In this document: in pieces, positions 1 through 13,335 of the stretch
How the letters are laid out: each line of letters opens with the position of its first letter
Numbering within the stretch: the first letter of the stretch is position 1
NCBI GenBank assembly: GCA_964187785.1
Contig: OZ076409.1
Location: 48,548,001-48,612,000, forward strand
Length of the DNA: 64,000 nucleotides
Source of the DNA: Amphiscolops sp. MND2022
Taxonomy: Eukaryota
Reading direction: 5' to 3'
Notes under the pieces: model-generated
Told to the model about the DNA's origin: nothing
Seen by the model: only the letters and a program-made list of their open reading frames with translations
Databases searched by the model: none
Translations under genes and position numbers: made by a program

Positions 1-3000
1 ATGCTTCCCTACCGGGTTGTCCGTAATGAAGCAATTTCATAAGGATCAAATCTGGTAACATTGAAATGACATGTCAATCATCCAACTACATGAAATGTTC
101 GCCCAGACTGAAGCAACGAAACTTCTGACACCATGGCGTTTTTAGGCGACTGATTTTAGTTGAGTCGGGCTTTTCGATTAGCTCGGTGACTCGTTGAAGG
201 AATTCATCTGACTCAAATTGGGAAACAAATGCAAAAATTTCCAGCGGTGGCAAAACTTGCAACTTGATTGCAATTTGTTTAATTGAGTAGCGTTACCTCG
301 TTTTTATTAGTGGCCTATTAGACTATTGCATTAGTGCGTTGATAACCACTCCGCTGTCGCTTGAATTTGCACTTGTCTCAATTTCTTTTGACGTCGATAA
401 TACTGCTGCGAACTCCCAAATTATTTTTTTCATTTGTTTTGGCTACTTCACTTTCACTTTCCACTTCCGCGCTCGCTTTCAAATCCGTTGCAGTTGTCAA
501 TTTTTCTCCTATTGGATGCTTCAACTCTCTTTGCTAATTTTGACTGCTCTAAGCAGAAGTGTCACTTTTCAATATTTCGTTCATTTTAAACTAAATATGC
601 CAAATTATTTTTTTCATTTGTTTTGGCTACTTCACTTTCACTTTCCACTTCCGCGCTCGCTTTCAAATCCGTTGCAGTTGTCAATTTTTCTCCTATTGGA
701 TGCTTCAACTCTCTTTGCTAATTTTGACTGCTCTAAGCAGAAGTGTCACTTTTCAATATTTCGTTCATTTTAAACTAAATATGCCACAATTCTTCTGCTT
801 CAATTTTACCCGCATTACGCTTACTTTCGGACGGATCCCATGACAGATAGTCTTCTATACCCATCGTACGTCTCAAGCCGTGTACTACGTTAAAGAAGAA
901 TGGAAGCAACCTATCTGCCCACCCAGTAAAAACTTTCACTTTCCACTTCCGCGCTCGCTTTCAAATCCGTTGCAGTTGTCAATTTTTCTCCTATTGGATG
1001 CTTCAACTCTCTTTGCTAATTTTGACTGCTCTAAGCAGAAGTGTCACTTTTCAATATTTCGTTCATTTTAAACTAAATATGCCACAATTCTTCTGCTTCA
1101 ATTTTACCCGCATTACGCTTACTTTCGGACGGATCCCATGACAGATAGTCTTCTATACCCATCGTACGTCTCAAGCCGTGTACTACGTTAAAGAAGAATG
1201 GAAGCAACCTATCTGCCCACCCAGTAAAAACTGATGAGAAGGTTTTATTCGATCGACTGTCTCTTTATTTTGTTATTAAAGCTTAATGATCTGATACGAC
1301 TTCGAACTCAGTGCCATATTCAAAATTCCAAAAATTCTCAGTCACCGACACAAGTGTCAGGTCAGTAATGCTAACTAGTTGGTTGAGTATTTATGTTCAA
1401 ACTCCGTAAGAACCTGCGAAGCGCAGTGTGTTGTTTCCCAACTTTCATCCTGTTTTTGTTGTAGCATCTCCTCAAGACCTTCTCCGCTGGCATCGCAGTT
1501 TATCCTCAGTGGTAAATCACGTTTGAATTGTTTTAGATCTGCCGTTCGTTTCATTGCTCTTTCACCGTTCCAAATGCTTCTTCGTGTTCCATTTTCCCAC
1601 CTGCACACTCGTTAACATGCTTCTATAAAGGTCGGAGGGGTGCACATAACCTGGAAAATATTTCTTTGAAAGTGTTCAGTTAATAACTAACACCAATAAA
1701 TGATGTAATGTCTTTCAAGTTCTTTGGGCGTAGTCTATCCGTGATCGCTTGCACCTTTCCGCCAATTGTTTTTATCCTCTCCGCTGACAGTTTGTATCCC
1801 AATCACTATGTTTCGGTTTTGGTTAATGCACAATTTTTTGTTTTTAGTCTGATTACTGCTTCGTGTAACACGTGAATAGCTTCTTCGACTTTCTTTAAGT
1901 TTGTCGGTTTTACTTCTTTTCGCTACAGTTAAAATGTCATCAATATTGTAAACGTATTCTTCGTTTTCAGCAACATTTTGTAAACTATCGTCTCGAAACC
2001 TGAGGGCACTGAGTTAATCCATGAAAATCTATGTTGAATGAGTATGTGCCCGTTGCTTTCCCTCCTACAGTTTGAAAGTTACAATGTTTTGATATAACTG
2101 AATGTAGCTCTGTTTGTTCATGCTTATACAACGTCCAATGAATTGAATGAATAACACACCCTGTTTCTTGCTGTTCAATATTTCCGTGATCTCTTCCATC
2201 AGACTTTCCAAATCTGGCATTTGGGAATAATTTTCAAAATGGCAAAATGGCATAGTTCAGCGTCCTGGCATCAAGAGCAATTTTGACGCTTCTGTCTCTC
2301 TTGACGATGATTACAACTGGTTGGATATACATCTAATCGGTATTATTTACTATCTTGGTAATGTGGCCCGCTTCCAATAGGTTCGTTGTTTCCAAGTCGA
2401 CTGCTTGTTATAGCTGTAATGACAACCGTCTCCCCTTCTGTTGCGTGATTTTGGCTCTTTCTTTGAATTTGAAATTTTACGTTTTGACCAATGATATCTA
2501 CGTTTCTTTTAAGGAAAACATTTTCTGTCTTCGTCTTCCACTTTTTCTGTCTTTCCTCCTGATTGGTCGGCCTGTTGTTAAATCAGCTTGATCATTCTGA
2601 TGTTGCCTCTATCAACAACTTCGCCAACTCCACTTGAGTTGGCAACTCTTGGCCGCTTACACATTTGAGGGAAATGTCAGGCAATTCCACAATCCCTGCA
2701 CTTTTCAGTCTTCGCTGTGAAGGACGCAACATGTTTTTGCGAAAACTCAAATTCAAAAACGGGGGAACGGATTTCTTGCTGTTTTACCGTCGATTGATAA
2801 AACTGGTTCTTTTTCGATTCGCTACTTTTTATGAAGTTTTTTTGCTGGCTAATCCTATCTTCAAATGATATTGCGAAGCGCAACCCTTGCTGAGGTTGTC
2901 CTTTGGGCTCGGTACACAGTCAATCCTGTACGGTATTGCTCTAAATATTTCGAGTAGAAGCGCCCGTGATAAAGCTTTACGTTTGTTGACTGAAATCACA

Positions 3001-3165
3001 TTTCGCAACCGATCTTATGATGATGTTCCAGTATTGTCTCAGTGATTCATGATTTTGTTGTTTTCTGGAGAAAGTTTTGTAGCAATTTTTATTCTTCTTA
3101 TGTCGCTGTTGATAACGTCAATTACGGAAATTGTCGCTCAAGTTCTTGCTGCATGCGACGCCAAG
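1..3165 (-). mobile_element. Highly degenerate Ty3/gypsy (Mag-like) LTR retrotransposon internal region, continuing off the left edge
   Basis: Minus-strand remnants: RNase H-like CDASGEGL...ASQVLTEFEHKYST (1375-1608), RT N-terminal MPDLESLMEEI (2065-2253), DDILTV-like RT motif near 1925-1950; PBS-like TGGCGTCGCA (rc of 3154-3163) lies 2 nt inside a CA end at 3166. Confidence 0.8.
416..1229. repeat. Two overlapping tandem duplications (184-bp unit 416-599/600-783; 298-bp unit 634-931/932-1229)
   Basis: Copies look identical by eye; the block ACTTTCACTTTCCACTTCCGCGCTCG occurs three times. Confidence 0.95.
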
Positions 3166-3444
3166 TGACACTAAAAGAGCGCTGACTTGTTTTCGCTATG
3201 CAGCCTGTTCTTTTAGAATGTTCAATAACGCTGCCTGTCTGGGTTCATTGTCTATCGGAGTTCTTTGGTAAGGATATTGCACAATTATTCTTATTATAAT
3301 CCTTATTACTATCCTTATTATATCCTTTTCACTAACTCTGGTAAGGATATTGCATATTGGGCAATAACTGACTTCACGAAAAGATGCCACTATTTTTCCA
3401 TTCTGCTTGAGGTGGCACTTTCGGTCCACTTTTTAGAAACAATC

Positions 3445-4003
3445 CTGAAACCACCTTAGGGGCCCAGTCCGGCAAAGGCAAAGCAAACTTAGTGCAAAGG
3501 GTCCCCCCTTTGTTTTTTTACTTTTTCAATGTAACCTACAAAACCGGACGGGACTACAGAGTCCACCCCTTTCGAATTGTTTTTTGGGCACTATGCGACC
3601 TTTTTTTCGAAATTTGTTTTGTCTCCAAAGAATCCCCCTTTCATTTTTTACTTTTTTAACGTAACCTACGAAAGCGGCCGAGGCTAAAGGGTCCCCCCCC
3701 TTCTGATTTTTTTTCGGCACTGTGCGACTTTTTTCCGAAAATTTTTTAATGTCCCCAAAGGGTCCCCCCTTTGAGTTTTTTGTTATTTTGCAACAGAATG
3801 CATGTTTGGAAATCAAAAAGGGTCCCCTCTTTTACATTTTTGGGTGCGACATTTTCCGAAAGAAAATTTTTTTCGAAAATGTCAAGTTTTTTTCCAAAAA
3901 AAATGTTTTGCGCATTTTGAGCCTTAGATATAGCGCCGACTTTAGACGTTCCCGTCTTGTTTTGACTTAGATATGGCGCCGGCTTATGCCGTTCCCGGTT
4001 TGT
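3445..4003 (+). mobile_element. Interspersed repeat family H1 (Helentron/HINE-like), left-truncated copy with a doubled 3' end
   Basis: Internal AAGGGTCCCCC/GGCACT(A/G)TGCGAC repeats; ends GCCTTAGATATAGCGCCGACTTTAGACGTTCCCGTCTTGTT (3961), followed by a second variant end (3963-4003); homologous to 13336-13946 and 15739-16373. Left boundary approximate. Confidence 0.7.
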
Positions 4004-6098
4004 TATATTCAACTGAAAGCATCTTAATATTAAACAAAAAACTTTTTAAATTGAAAAATGATCCAGATTCAATATCATGGCTCATTCAACATCATGGCGC
4101 TTCATCCATCATCATGGTTATGATTAGAACCCAAGATTCAACCATGAAGATCACTGAGAGATGGCTTTGTTAACAATGAAAACATTCAGAATGTCTGTGA
4201 TACTTTATGCATTTCAGCCAAAAACAAATCAGGAATGTCCGGTAGAAATGAATATTGCTTACAAATATGCTTCCAGCAAAAAATGGGAAATCAACGAAAG
4301 TAAAATTTAGTTGATGAATCAGATTCGTATCGGTGTAATTATGCAACACTAAGTTGGGTACGAATTAACATTTTGTTTTTACTAAAACTCACCGATAGAA
4401 GTTGCTTAACGAAACTCAGCTGAAAAACATGAAGTATTTGAAGCTTTTTTGGGAAAACTTCCTCAAAAGTTTTAGCACTGATAGCATTCACTGGAAATTT
4501 TTTAAATAGATTTCTTGTCTGTTTTCGTTTTTGCAAAAACATTATATAACAAAGTTTTTAAAGCAGAAATGTGCTTCATGAAGTTTCAAAGACTTTCTTT
4601 TGTAAAACTTGTAAAACTAAAGCTTGTACCTGAAATGTACTCCCAAAGTCTTTTTCTTTGTTTTATCAACAAAGAATTTCAACAAAATCGCAATTTTGTC
4701 GAAATTGGTCAAATCTTTAGTTTTTCCATATTCACGATTTCTATAGAAACAGACGTCTTCAATTGTTTTCGGTAACTCTTTCGATATTTGAACACTATAC
4801 GCAAACATTCAAACTTCCATTTGCGAGAAACGTTTGAAAGCACTTAGATTTATTCAGCCAGGGACAAAACGTTTGTCGGTAATTCTACAAGACATTGAAC
4901 TAGTAATTTCAGTTCACCATTTTCTATTCTAATGATTTTTAAGAGCTAGCAGTATTGCTAGATAAATTAAAAATTATCCTTTTTCATAGTTAAATTCATA
5001 TGTTTTCATCCATGACTTCACGGATTTTCATCAATGATCATCCATGGCATCATTGCTGTTCATCCACGTTCATTCATAAGTTATGGGTATATTTACATGA
5101 TCATGACATGATTATCCGCATGGCTAATTCATAAATTATGGATGCATTATTAGTGGAAAGCCATGATGTCCTGTCAACCTGGGAAGGGGCAATGACTTCT
5201 TCATTCGCATTTGAAGGGAATGCTCTTGGTGAACGATTTCTTAGTAAACACTATTTCTCTTTATCTCTGTGAATGTCTCGTCTTTACTTTGCTAGACAGC
5301 TTTCGAGAGAAAACAATTGATGATTTCGTCCTGTCGGAAAAAAAACAAAAAACTGTTGTTTTATGTTTGTAGGAATCATTTAAAAAATACGATTCGAATG
5401 AAGTTTTTTTTACAATCATTTTACACCGTATTAGGGTCCTATGTGTTCAATGACATCAAAATCGTATGACTGGGATCTGAGAAACAGCAAAAATTAGTCC
5501 AAACGACAACAAAGTACCTAGTTTGTTTTACAATATTTTAATCCTTTTCCTACTCCTTTACTGCATATGCGGTTCTGGTTAAAATTTTCCAGCTCTCGCA
5601 GAAATTATAAGACTTCAGGTATTATTTGTTTTCTACAGCATCACACCGAGGTATCTACTTTTTGTGACACTTGTTAGCGTATTCGTGCAATCTTCTTTCG
5701 AAATTCCCAAGTATCACTCTCACGCCTTCTCTCACGGCTTCCAAAGTATCACTCTCGCAGATTCTAGTATAACCGAAGATCCACAAAATTGGATTTTTTA
5801 TTGTAATCACGGGATTCAGAATCCTAAAATTTGACATAATTGAGCTTCAATAGACTAATTTTATTTGATACTGTCAAATTTGGTGATCTTTCAACAAGCG
5901 AGATCTTGAAATGTTTTTCAGTAACACATCTGAAGCATTTCTAGTATTGTCTTTTCACTTTACTACTGTTAATCAAGTCACAATTTCAGGAAACCTAGTA
6001 AAGTTTTAAGATAATGATCACGTTTCTCAACCAAGAAGCATTGTTGCACTGCGGCGTTTTTAATAAACTCTTACTGTAGTAGTGGTACGATGACTTGA

Positions 6099-6320
6099 TG
6101 TGACACTGACACTGATATGCCAATCTGTCAATGTCAAAGTAGTAGTTCTCCGAACTAAGGACATAAAACTACCTGCCACCCATCTTACATTGAAGTCATG
6201 TAATTACTATACAGTTACACGTTGATATCGATGGTATACAGTCGGATAAACTTTAGCCGATTCTATTTAGCTACATTGATTTTAAATTCATTCTTAGAAC
6301 CTATTTTCCACCTTACTTTA
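6099..6320 (+). repeat. 5' LTR of element 1
   Basis: Direct repeat of 11803-12024; termini TG...TA. Confidence 0.95.
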
Positions 6321-6334
6321 TGGCGCAGTCAGCA
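6321..6334 (+). promoter_or_regulatory. Primer binding site, tRNA-Ser type
   Basis: TGGCGCAGTCAGCA directly after the LTR, complementary to a ...UGCUGACUGCGCCA tRNA-Ser-like 3' end; same or near-identical PBS at 24906-24919 (-), 28028-28039 (+) and 54566-54578 (-). Confidence 0.8.
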
Positions 6335-6343
6335 ATTTGAACA

Positions 6344-9300
6344 ATGGAAAACAACAACACCAACTTCAACTCAACCGAGGGTGAACCGAATTCATCGGAA
6401 CAATCAACCAGAACAAACAACAATCAAACAACATCGTCAGAACGGATGGAAAAAAGTAAATACAAAATTCCGATTTTATCGGATAGAGAAACGGATCTCA
6501 CCAAAATCAACCCAAAGATGTGGTGGGAACAAATTTCGGAAAACACCCATTTGACATACATCCGCAATCTGGACGAAATCATTGACGAAGGTGTAGAATA
6601 AATGGACCCACATACAGTTTACCACATAAAAGGTGATGTTATCTGGGCACTAGGCCCGAAAGCCAAACATGAAATCATGAGAGGCCAGTGGGGCCGTGAA
6701 CTGAAAGACGTCCAACTACCCGAAGTATTGACACTATTCAAGAGAACCTTCCTTCCAGTGAGGAACGTATTCCACAGTAGAGCGCAATTTTTCAACATGA
6801 AGCAGGAAGACACTGCAACACTGGACGAATATTGGAAAAGACAAGTGGACATTGAAAGAAAGTGCGACTCCGGTAACATCACAACAGAAGAAATTATCGC
6901 ATAAAAATTCGCCTCTACCATCAGAGACAAAAGAGCCCGCGATAAATTCATAAAGGGCCCACTGAAGATAAAACTGGTCCTTGAGACGGTTGAACTCGAT
7001 AACTACAACCAAAAATACGGGGACAAGAAAACGATAACCAAAAAAGCTAGAAAAGATTCATCAAACAGCTCGACATCCACCGAATTGATCGGTCACACCA
7101 ACCAGTCACGGAAACGCAAAACAAATTTTACCGAGAAAAAGAAATTTTCAAACCACAATTGCCGCTTCTGCGGAAATTCAAACTGGTCAATGGAACACAT
7201 TTGCCCGGCACGGAAGGCCCAATGCAATAACTGCAAGAGGATGGGACACTTCGCCAAGGTATGTAAACCCAAAACCGTCAGTCGGATTAAAGAAGTGGCT
7301 TCATCGGATAGCAGCACCGAACCATGACCGGAAATTGACCATATTCAGTCCGTCAACGGAGTGAACCGAGTCGACTTTTACAAAACAATCCTATTGGTCC
7401 ATGGCCAACCAATAGAATTCATCATCGACACCGGCTCACCCGTGACGATTATACCTCCAATTATCACACCAAAAGAAATAAAAGAAACAACAAAAACCTT
7501 CGTCGACGTGAATAAAAATCCCATCAAATTCAAGGGCGAGACAATGGTAGAAGTACAGACAGAAAAAAGCAAAGAAACCCTGCCTATCCTTATCACAGAA
7601 AACAAAAATACACAACCATTACTGGGATCGAATTTGGTTGGACAAATTGGAAATCTGCCTACAGGGCGGCAAAAAGACGGATGTGATCCGCCACGTAGAA
7701 GAAGACCTGAGACGAAAGAAAATCATTAGCGAACATGAAGACTTATTCAAAAACAACCACACAATAAAAGATCTTACGATCGATATTCAGTTGAAGAAAG
7801 ACATCAAGCCCATACAACAAAAGGGACGGCCCGTTCCCATACATTTCCAAAAACATGTCCGAGAAGAACTAGAAAAACTTATCAAATCGGGACATATCGA
7901 AAAAGCTGACGAAACCACAGAAAATTGCTTCATTTCCCCCGCAGTCATCACCATCAAAAAGGACAAATCGGTCAAAATCGCATTGGATTCCAGAAAGCTT
8001 AACGAAGCATGCATAAAGCGAAAAGCTGCAATGCCAAATATGGAAGAATTTATCAGTAAAATTTCCGCCAAAATAACCAACGGCGAAGGCGAAATTTGGA
8101 TGTCGAAGATAGACTTGGACTACGCCTACGGCCAGGCAAGACTGTCCAAAGAAGCAGCTAAACACTGCGTATTTTCAATTATCGGCGGAGACTTCACCGG
8201 TCACTATCGCTTCAAGAAAGGCTTCTACGGACTATCAGATATTCCAACGGTATTCCAAGAACACAACGATAGCGTGCTAGAATTCAAAACCCCAGTCTGG
8301 CTCGATGATATTATTTGCGTAACTAATGGCAGTATCGAAGACCACGAGAAAGAAGTACGAGAAGTCCTCATAAAATTGCTGAACGCCGGCTACCGAGCAA
8401 GTGAAAAGAAGACGGAGTTGTTCAAAAAAGAACTAACCTGGCTCGGCTTCTTCATCAACCAAAGCGGCGTAAAGCCAATTAAAGACAAAACAGAAGCGAT
8501 AACCAAATTAGCCGCCCCGAAGAATGTAAAGGAGCTAAAATCTTTCCTCGGCTCCATACAACATCTATCCAAATTCATCAACAACCTATTCAAGAAAACC
8601 GATCGAATGAGGAAATTACTGAAGAAAGACGTCAAACGGGAATGGACAGCAGAAGTAGACGAAGATTTCGAAAAACTAAAGAAGGAGATCATAGAAGTCC
8701 CATGCTTGGCCCATTTTGACCCAAAAAGAGACAACTACATTACAACCGATGCTTGTAACACCGGACTGGGTGCGACTTTGTGGCAAAAAGAAGGTGTAGT
8801 ATTTAGACCCGTAGCCTTCGCTAGCAGATTTTTAACCGATTGCGAAAAAAAATACTCGATAAACGAAAAAGAATTGTTGGGAGCTTTATGGGGATTAGAA
8901 CACTTTAGATATTACGTCTACGGTAAAAGAGTAAATTTGTTGACAGATCACCAGGCATTGCAACCATTACTGAAAAACAACCGGGCACATAAACAATATA
9001 GCGCACGCTTAACTCGTTGGCTGGATAGACTGAGCCATTTCGACGTCAACATCCAATACACGGCCGGCAAAAACATTCCGCTAACGGACTACTTAAGCCG
9101 TCATCCGATCGTACCGACCGAAATCGCCGAACTAGAAAATAAAGCGGACGGACAAGACGAAACGGAAGCCGACGAAGAGTTCATCATCAATCAAATATAC
9201 GGCTTATTTGAGTTCAACCGAGAGCGAGGAAGCATGAAACGATTTACCGAACGACTAAACACGAGAGAAAATCTCAACCAATCACAACGCGATAAAAACG

Positions 9301-11674
9301 TACGGGAACAAAATCCAAGCACTCATTTGTTCAAAACCTCACAGCCATCAACCAGCATTAACGCTATAAATTGCAAACTTTCTAACTCAAAAATGGACAA
9401 AGTCAACGGCATTGACATGAACTTCATACACAAGAAAAGAGGCCATTCCCCGGAGACTAAACGCCTGTGGATTCAAAGAAACCATCTGCTAAAACCAGAC
9501 CGGACAAGAATCGTCGGAAAAGGAAAGAAGAGCGAGTGCATACAAGAATATCGGCCAAACCAGGCCAGTAGAAAGAGAATAGTGGAACTCAACGTCGAAA
9601 TTTACAACTGCTTTATCCACTACTGTGAAATACTGGAATACCAACAAAACAATAACGAATCCTGGCTACACAGCAACCAATCAGACGGGGAAAGTGAGAC
9701 TAGCCGGACGAAAAACGACAAATGCCCAACAAATGCTTTGAAAAAGTTCAAGAAACATGACTCTGTGAATTTAATCAGACTCAAACAAACGGCAAAGAAA
9801 AATTCACTCAGCTCCGACCAGAACGACTATACCGAGGAAGCAATCAAAAGAGCGGAGAAAGATTTCGCCCTAGACCTTTCCCTCCTCGTAGACGAAACAG
9901 CACGAGACATAAAGATATTAAACGCCATCGCCGCCATTGAAAATCAACAACTAGACAGTATCTTCTACCCTTATCGCCCACATCGCTCGCACTTATCCAA
10001 AAGATTTGGATTACTATTCTATAATGATAAAATTGTAATTCTGGAGAACATGCGTACAACGATTATCGCTATGCTGCACCACGGACACGCGTCGGCCGGA
10101 AAAATGGAGCAGATAGCACAAGCTTTTTGGTGGCCCGGAATGAACCGTGAGATTCAAGAAAAGGCCGAAACATGCCCAAGCTGCAGAGCCGCAGGTAAGA
10201 ATATTACTACTCAAATCCCATCCACGGAAAAAAAACAATCTTGAGATTTTAACCGAACCGAATCAAGAAATCCAATTGGACTTCGCCGGTCCAATTGAAT
10301 CGAAAACACGCGGTGACACATATATTTTAGTAGCTATTGACTGTTTTAGCAAATGGCCCACCGCACACATTTGTAAAAGTACGAACGCACGGACCGTCCT
10401 AAAATTTTTAACGAGATATTTTACGGACAACGGAACGCCACAGGTTATTCGAAGCGACAATGGAAGTTGCTTCAAAAGTAATGAATTCAAACAATTTTGC
10501 GACGGCCAAAATATCAAACGGATAAGGTGTACGCCCAATTTACACACCGGTACCGGCTTAGTCGAGCGATTAATACGGACAATTAAATCACTTACTAGAG
10601 CAAACATGGCAGACGGCTTGACTTTTGAAGAAAGCGTGCAATTAGCGATAAGAACAATTAGACAAACGCCACACAGCCGACCGAAAATGACACCTTTTCA
10701 GATGCATTTAGGCAGAAAGCCACGCACTGCTCAAACCAACTTGATAGATAAGCCGGAATGTCTGTTGTCTAATTGGAGGAGAACACTAACCAATTATATT
10801 TCAGCCCAACAGACAGAACTCCAAGTAGTCACAATAAACGATGCAGAAGGAGAGATGGCGGACTACCTGGTTCTCAACGAACAAAGAAAAAGGGCCGTTC
10901 GGTAAGCCAGGATTTTAAAAACTACCATTTTTATGAAAAGGAGAATAAACCAAATTCCATGAAATGCGGTTTTGAAACAAATAAAATCTTAACAGCGGTA
11001 GCCGAAACAGGAAATACAATAACTACCTCCGAAGGGAGGATAATACATAAAAAATTGGCATCATAGCCCCTGAATTTTTAGACATCAAGAAAACCCGAGG
11101 ATCAGAGAAAACCCACAAATAGATGCCGCAGATGTGTGAGCTTTGTGAAACGCACCTACGGCTAGAGGCCACCAGGCGAGACGACAATAACAATGAACCC
11201 AGCACTAGCCACACCACGATGCCAACAATGCCAGCGAAAAAGAAACGACCGTACAACCGAGTGGTTATGTACGATTCTTCTAGCCACGGCTCGGAATCGA
11301 CCAGCCAATACGCAGACAATGATACCTCAGAAGAGGAAGACGTTACCGAAGACGCCACTCTAAAGGAGGCGATCGACCGGGAAGTAGAGCGACTACGGTC
11401 ACAAACACCGATGCTGACATCTCCTATCGGCTGCAGCACCGAAATACCCCAGACCACCGACGCGACACCACCGGACGAATTCGGAACGCCGATTCGCGGC
11501 CAAAACATGCCCAACGCCGAAGCAACAGACCAAGACCATACAGGTAAAACACGGCTAAAACAAAACATTAGGGACGAAAGTAATTCATTAGATTCAAACC
11601 TAGAACCACGTAGGTCCGAAAGAATAAGAACGGCGAAGAGAGTAGTTAAGTTGGGCAGTGTCGAATATTTCTAA
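6344..11674 (+). pseudogene. pol: gag-pol polyprotein of element 1 (single ancestral ORF, now with stops and frameshifts)
   Basis: ORFs 6344, 6602, 7085 and 7361 share one frame; Zn knuckles CRFCG...HICPA...CNNCKRMGHFAKVC; protease IDTGS; RT LDYAY/WLDD; RNase H TDAC...TDHQAL...DYLSR; integrase HHGH...CPSC, LDFAGP, SDNG, VER; C-terminal RRSER. Confidence 0.95.
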
Positions 11675-11802
11675 CCATGGTTCATTTAGGATACGCTTTC
11701 ACCTTCACCGTTCCGAAGAAGTAACCCATCACGCCTTTTCCTCGCATCAGAAACTACGAGCCATCGCAGAGCTGGTTCCCTTGAACATCACGGAGGAGGG
11801 AA

Positions 11803-12024
11803 TGTGACACTGACACTGATATGCCAATCTGTCAATGTCAAAGTAGTAGTTCTCCGAACTAAGGACATAAAACTACCTGCCACCCATCTTACATTGAAGT
11901 CATGTAATTACTATACAGTTACACGTTGATATCGATGCTATTCAGTCGTATAAACTTTAGCCGATTCTATTGAGCTACATTGATTTTAAATTCATTCTTA
12001 GAACCTATTTTCCACCTTACTTTA
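11803..12024 (+). repeat. 3' LTR of element 1
   Basis: Preceded by the PPT and followed by TSD CTTGA. Confidence 0.95.
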
Positions 12025-13335
12025 CTTGATGAATACTGTTTTTAAATATTTACTGGTACTTGGTCTAAATCTCTGTCTTTGTTCGAGTCACACTTTGCGA
12101 AAGCCTTCCAAAACAGACAGTCAAGAAATCATTCAATTACATTCATCAATACACATTTTCACCTCAATTGTTTTTACAACACTTTTTGAGCTTCACGTCA
12201 ACAGAGCTTCACGTCAACACTTACAATGAAAAAAGTCCAGTAGGTAAAGAAGAGAAAACATTCAAATACCCGGCATTGTGACCTTCCGAAAAATTTCCCT
12301 TCAAAAAAGTCGCACAGTGACCCAAAAGTGTGACCGTTTAGGCTCGAAAAACGGTTTTATAAATTGAAATCTTCAAATAACGGAAGATGCGAAGTTTAAG
12401 TTAAAATCGTTTAGAAGCAGTATGACTTTTTGACTATTATTAAGAAAACTTTCGTCAGTCTCACAGCTAAAATATCCGAAGAGGTTACTCTTAAGACTCG
12501 AAAAACACTTTAGTTAACCAGAAACCCTCAAAGTACTAAAATTTTTCGAAAATTGAACTTTTTCCGGAAATCTCGCAAGTACCGAGAGGACCTCAAAGTT
12601 GGATTTTCTGGTGTTTCTTCTATCTTTACATCACTGCATTTGAGCACCTCGAATTCTATCACAATTAATTGCAATTACAATGTTTTGTTGTTTCGAAATC
12701 AAAAACATTTACAGAAGGAGCTTATTGCATGTTTAACTTTTGGCATTTCCCGAAATATATCATGCCCCTTCTTTCAAACCAAAAGTTGTCAGCGAGTGTC
12801 TTTGAGTATGTTCTGCTACTTTTAACATTAACATTTTTTTCTGGAAACGCCCTCATTAAGAATTTACACCGCAAAACAATCTTAAAATGCAATCGAAAAC
12901 TAAATTTTTCTTCGGAAACCGTACAAATGTGTAAAAAAAGTGTCAGAAATGAAAGTTAGAGAAATGAAAATTTAGACTACAAAATAATCATGATAAGTTT
13001 TTCTTCTTACAGGAAGTTTTTATTAAAATACGTTGAAAAATTCGAAAAACAAAATCACCGTTACAAAAGTTTAATACATGATTTTACATGTTGAAACTTC
13101 AAAACGAAAAATTACTTCGAAATTCCGATTATCATCGGAGATACATATCTAAAGAAATAATGCGCTTTTGTCTGCAATGTTAGCTTTCTTGAGGTTTTTA
13201 GTATCATAGTGTACCATATTTGTAACAGTACCTCTGCGTTTTTATGCACTAGGTAGCATTGATTCAGGTACTGCTGCACGTTTTTATCCATGAAATGTGC
13301 GAACGAAAGTTTGTTGACTGATTAGCAACGATCTG

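Larger units (their letters stand above)
6099..12024 (+). mobile_element. Full-length Ty3/gypsy Mag-like LTR retrotransposon (element 1), defective
   Basis: 222-bp LTRs at 6099-6320 and 11803-12024 (4 mismatches); TSD CTTGA (6094-6098, 12025-12029); PBS at 6321; PPT GGAGGAGGGAA at 11792-11802; domain order gag-PR-RT-RH-IN. Confidence 0.97.

Noticed and set aside
339..1071. ORFs 339-773 and 880-1071 as genes
   Set aside because: They are by-products of tandem duplications on the antisense strand of a decayed retroelement.
4060..5183. Defined MITE ending GTCAACCTGGG with ATCATG-rich repeats
   Set aside because: The right end resembles the CCCGGGTTGAC family TIR, but I could not find a matching left TIR or TSD.
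6619..11568. Minus-strand ORFs overlapping element 1 (and equivalent ORFs opposite the other pol and LINE ORFs)
   Set aside because: Shadow ORFs of the real coding strand, with no motifs of their own.
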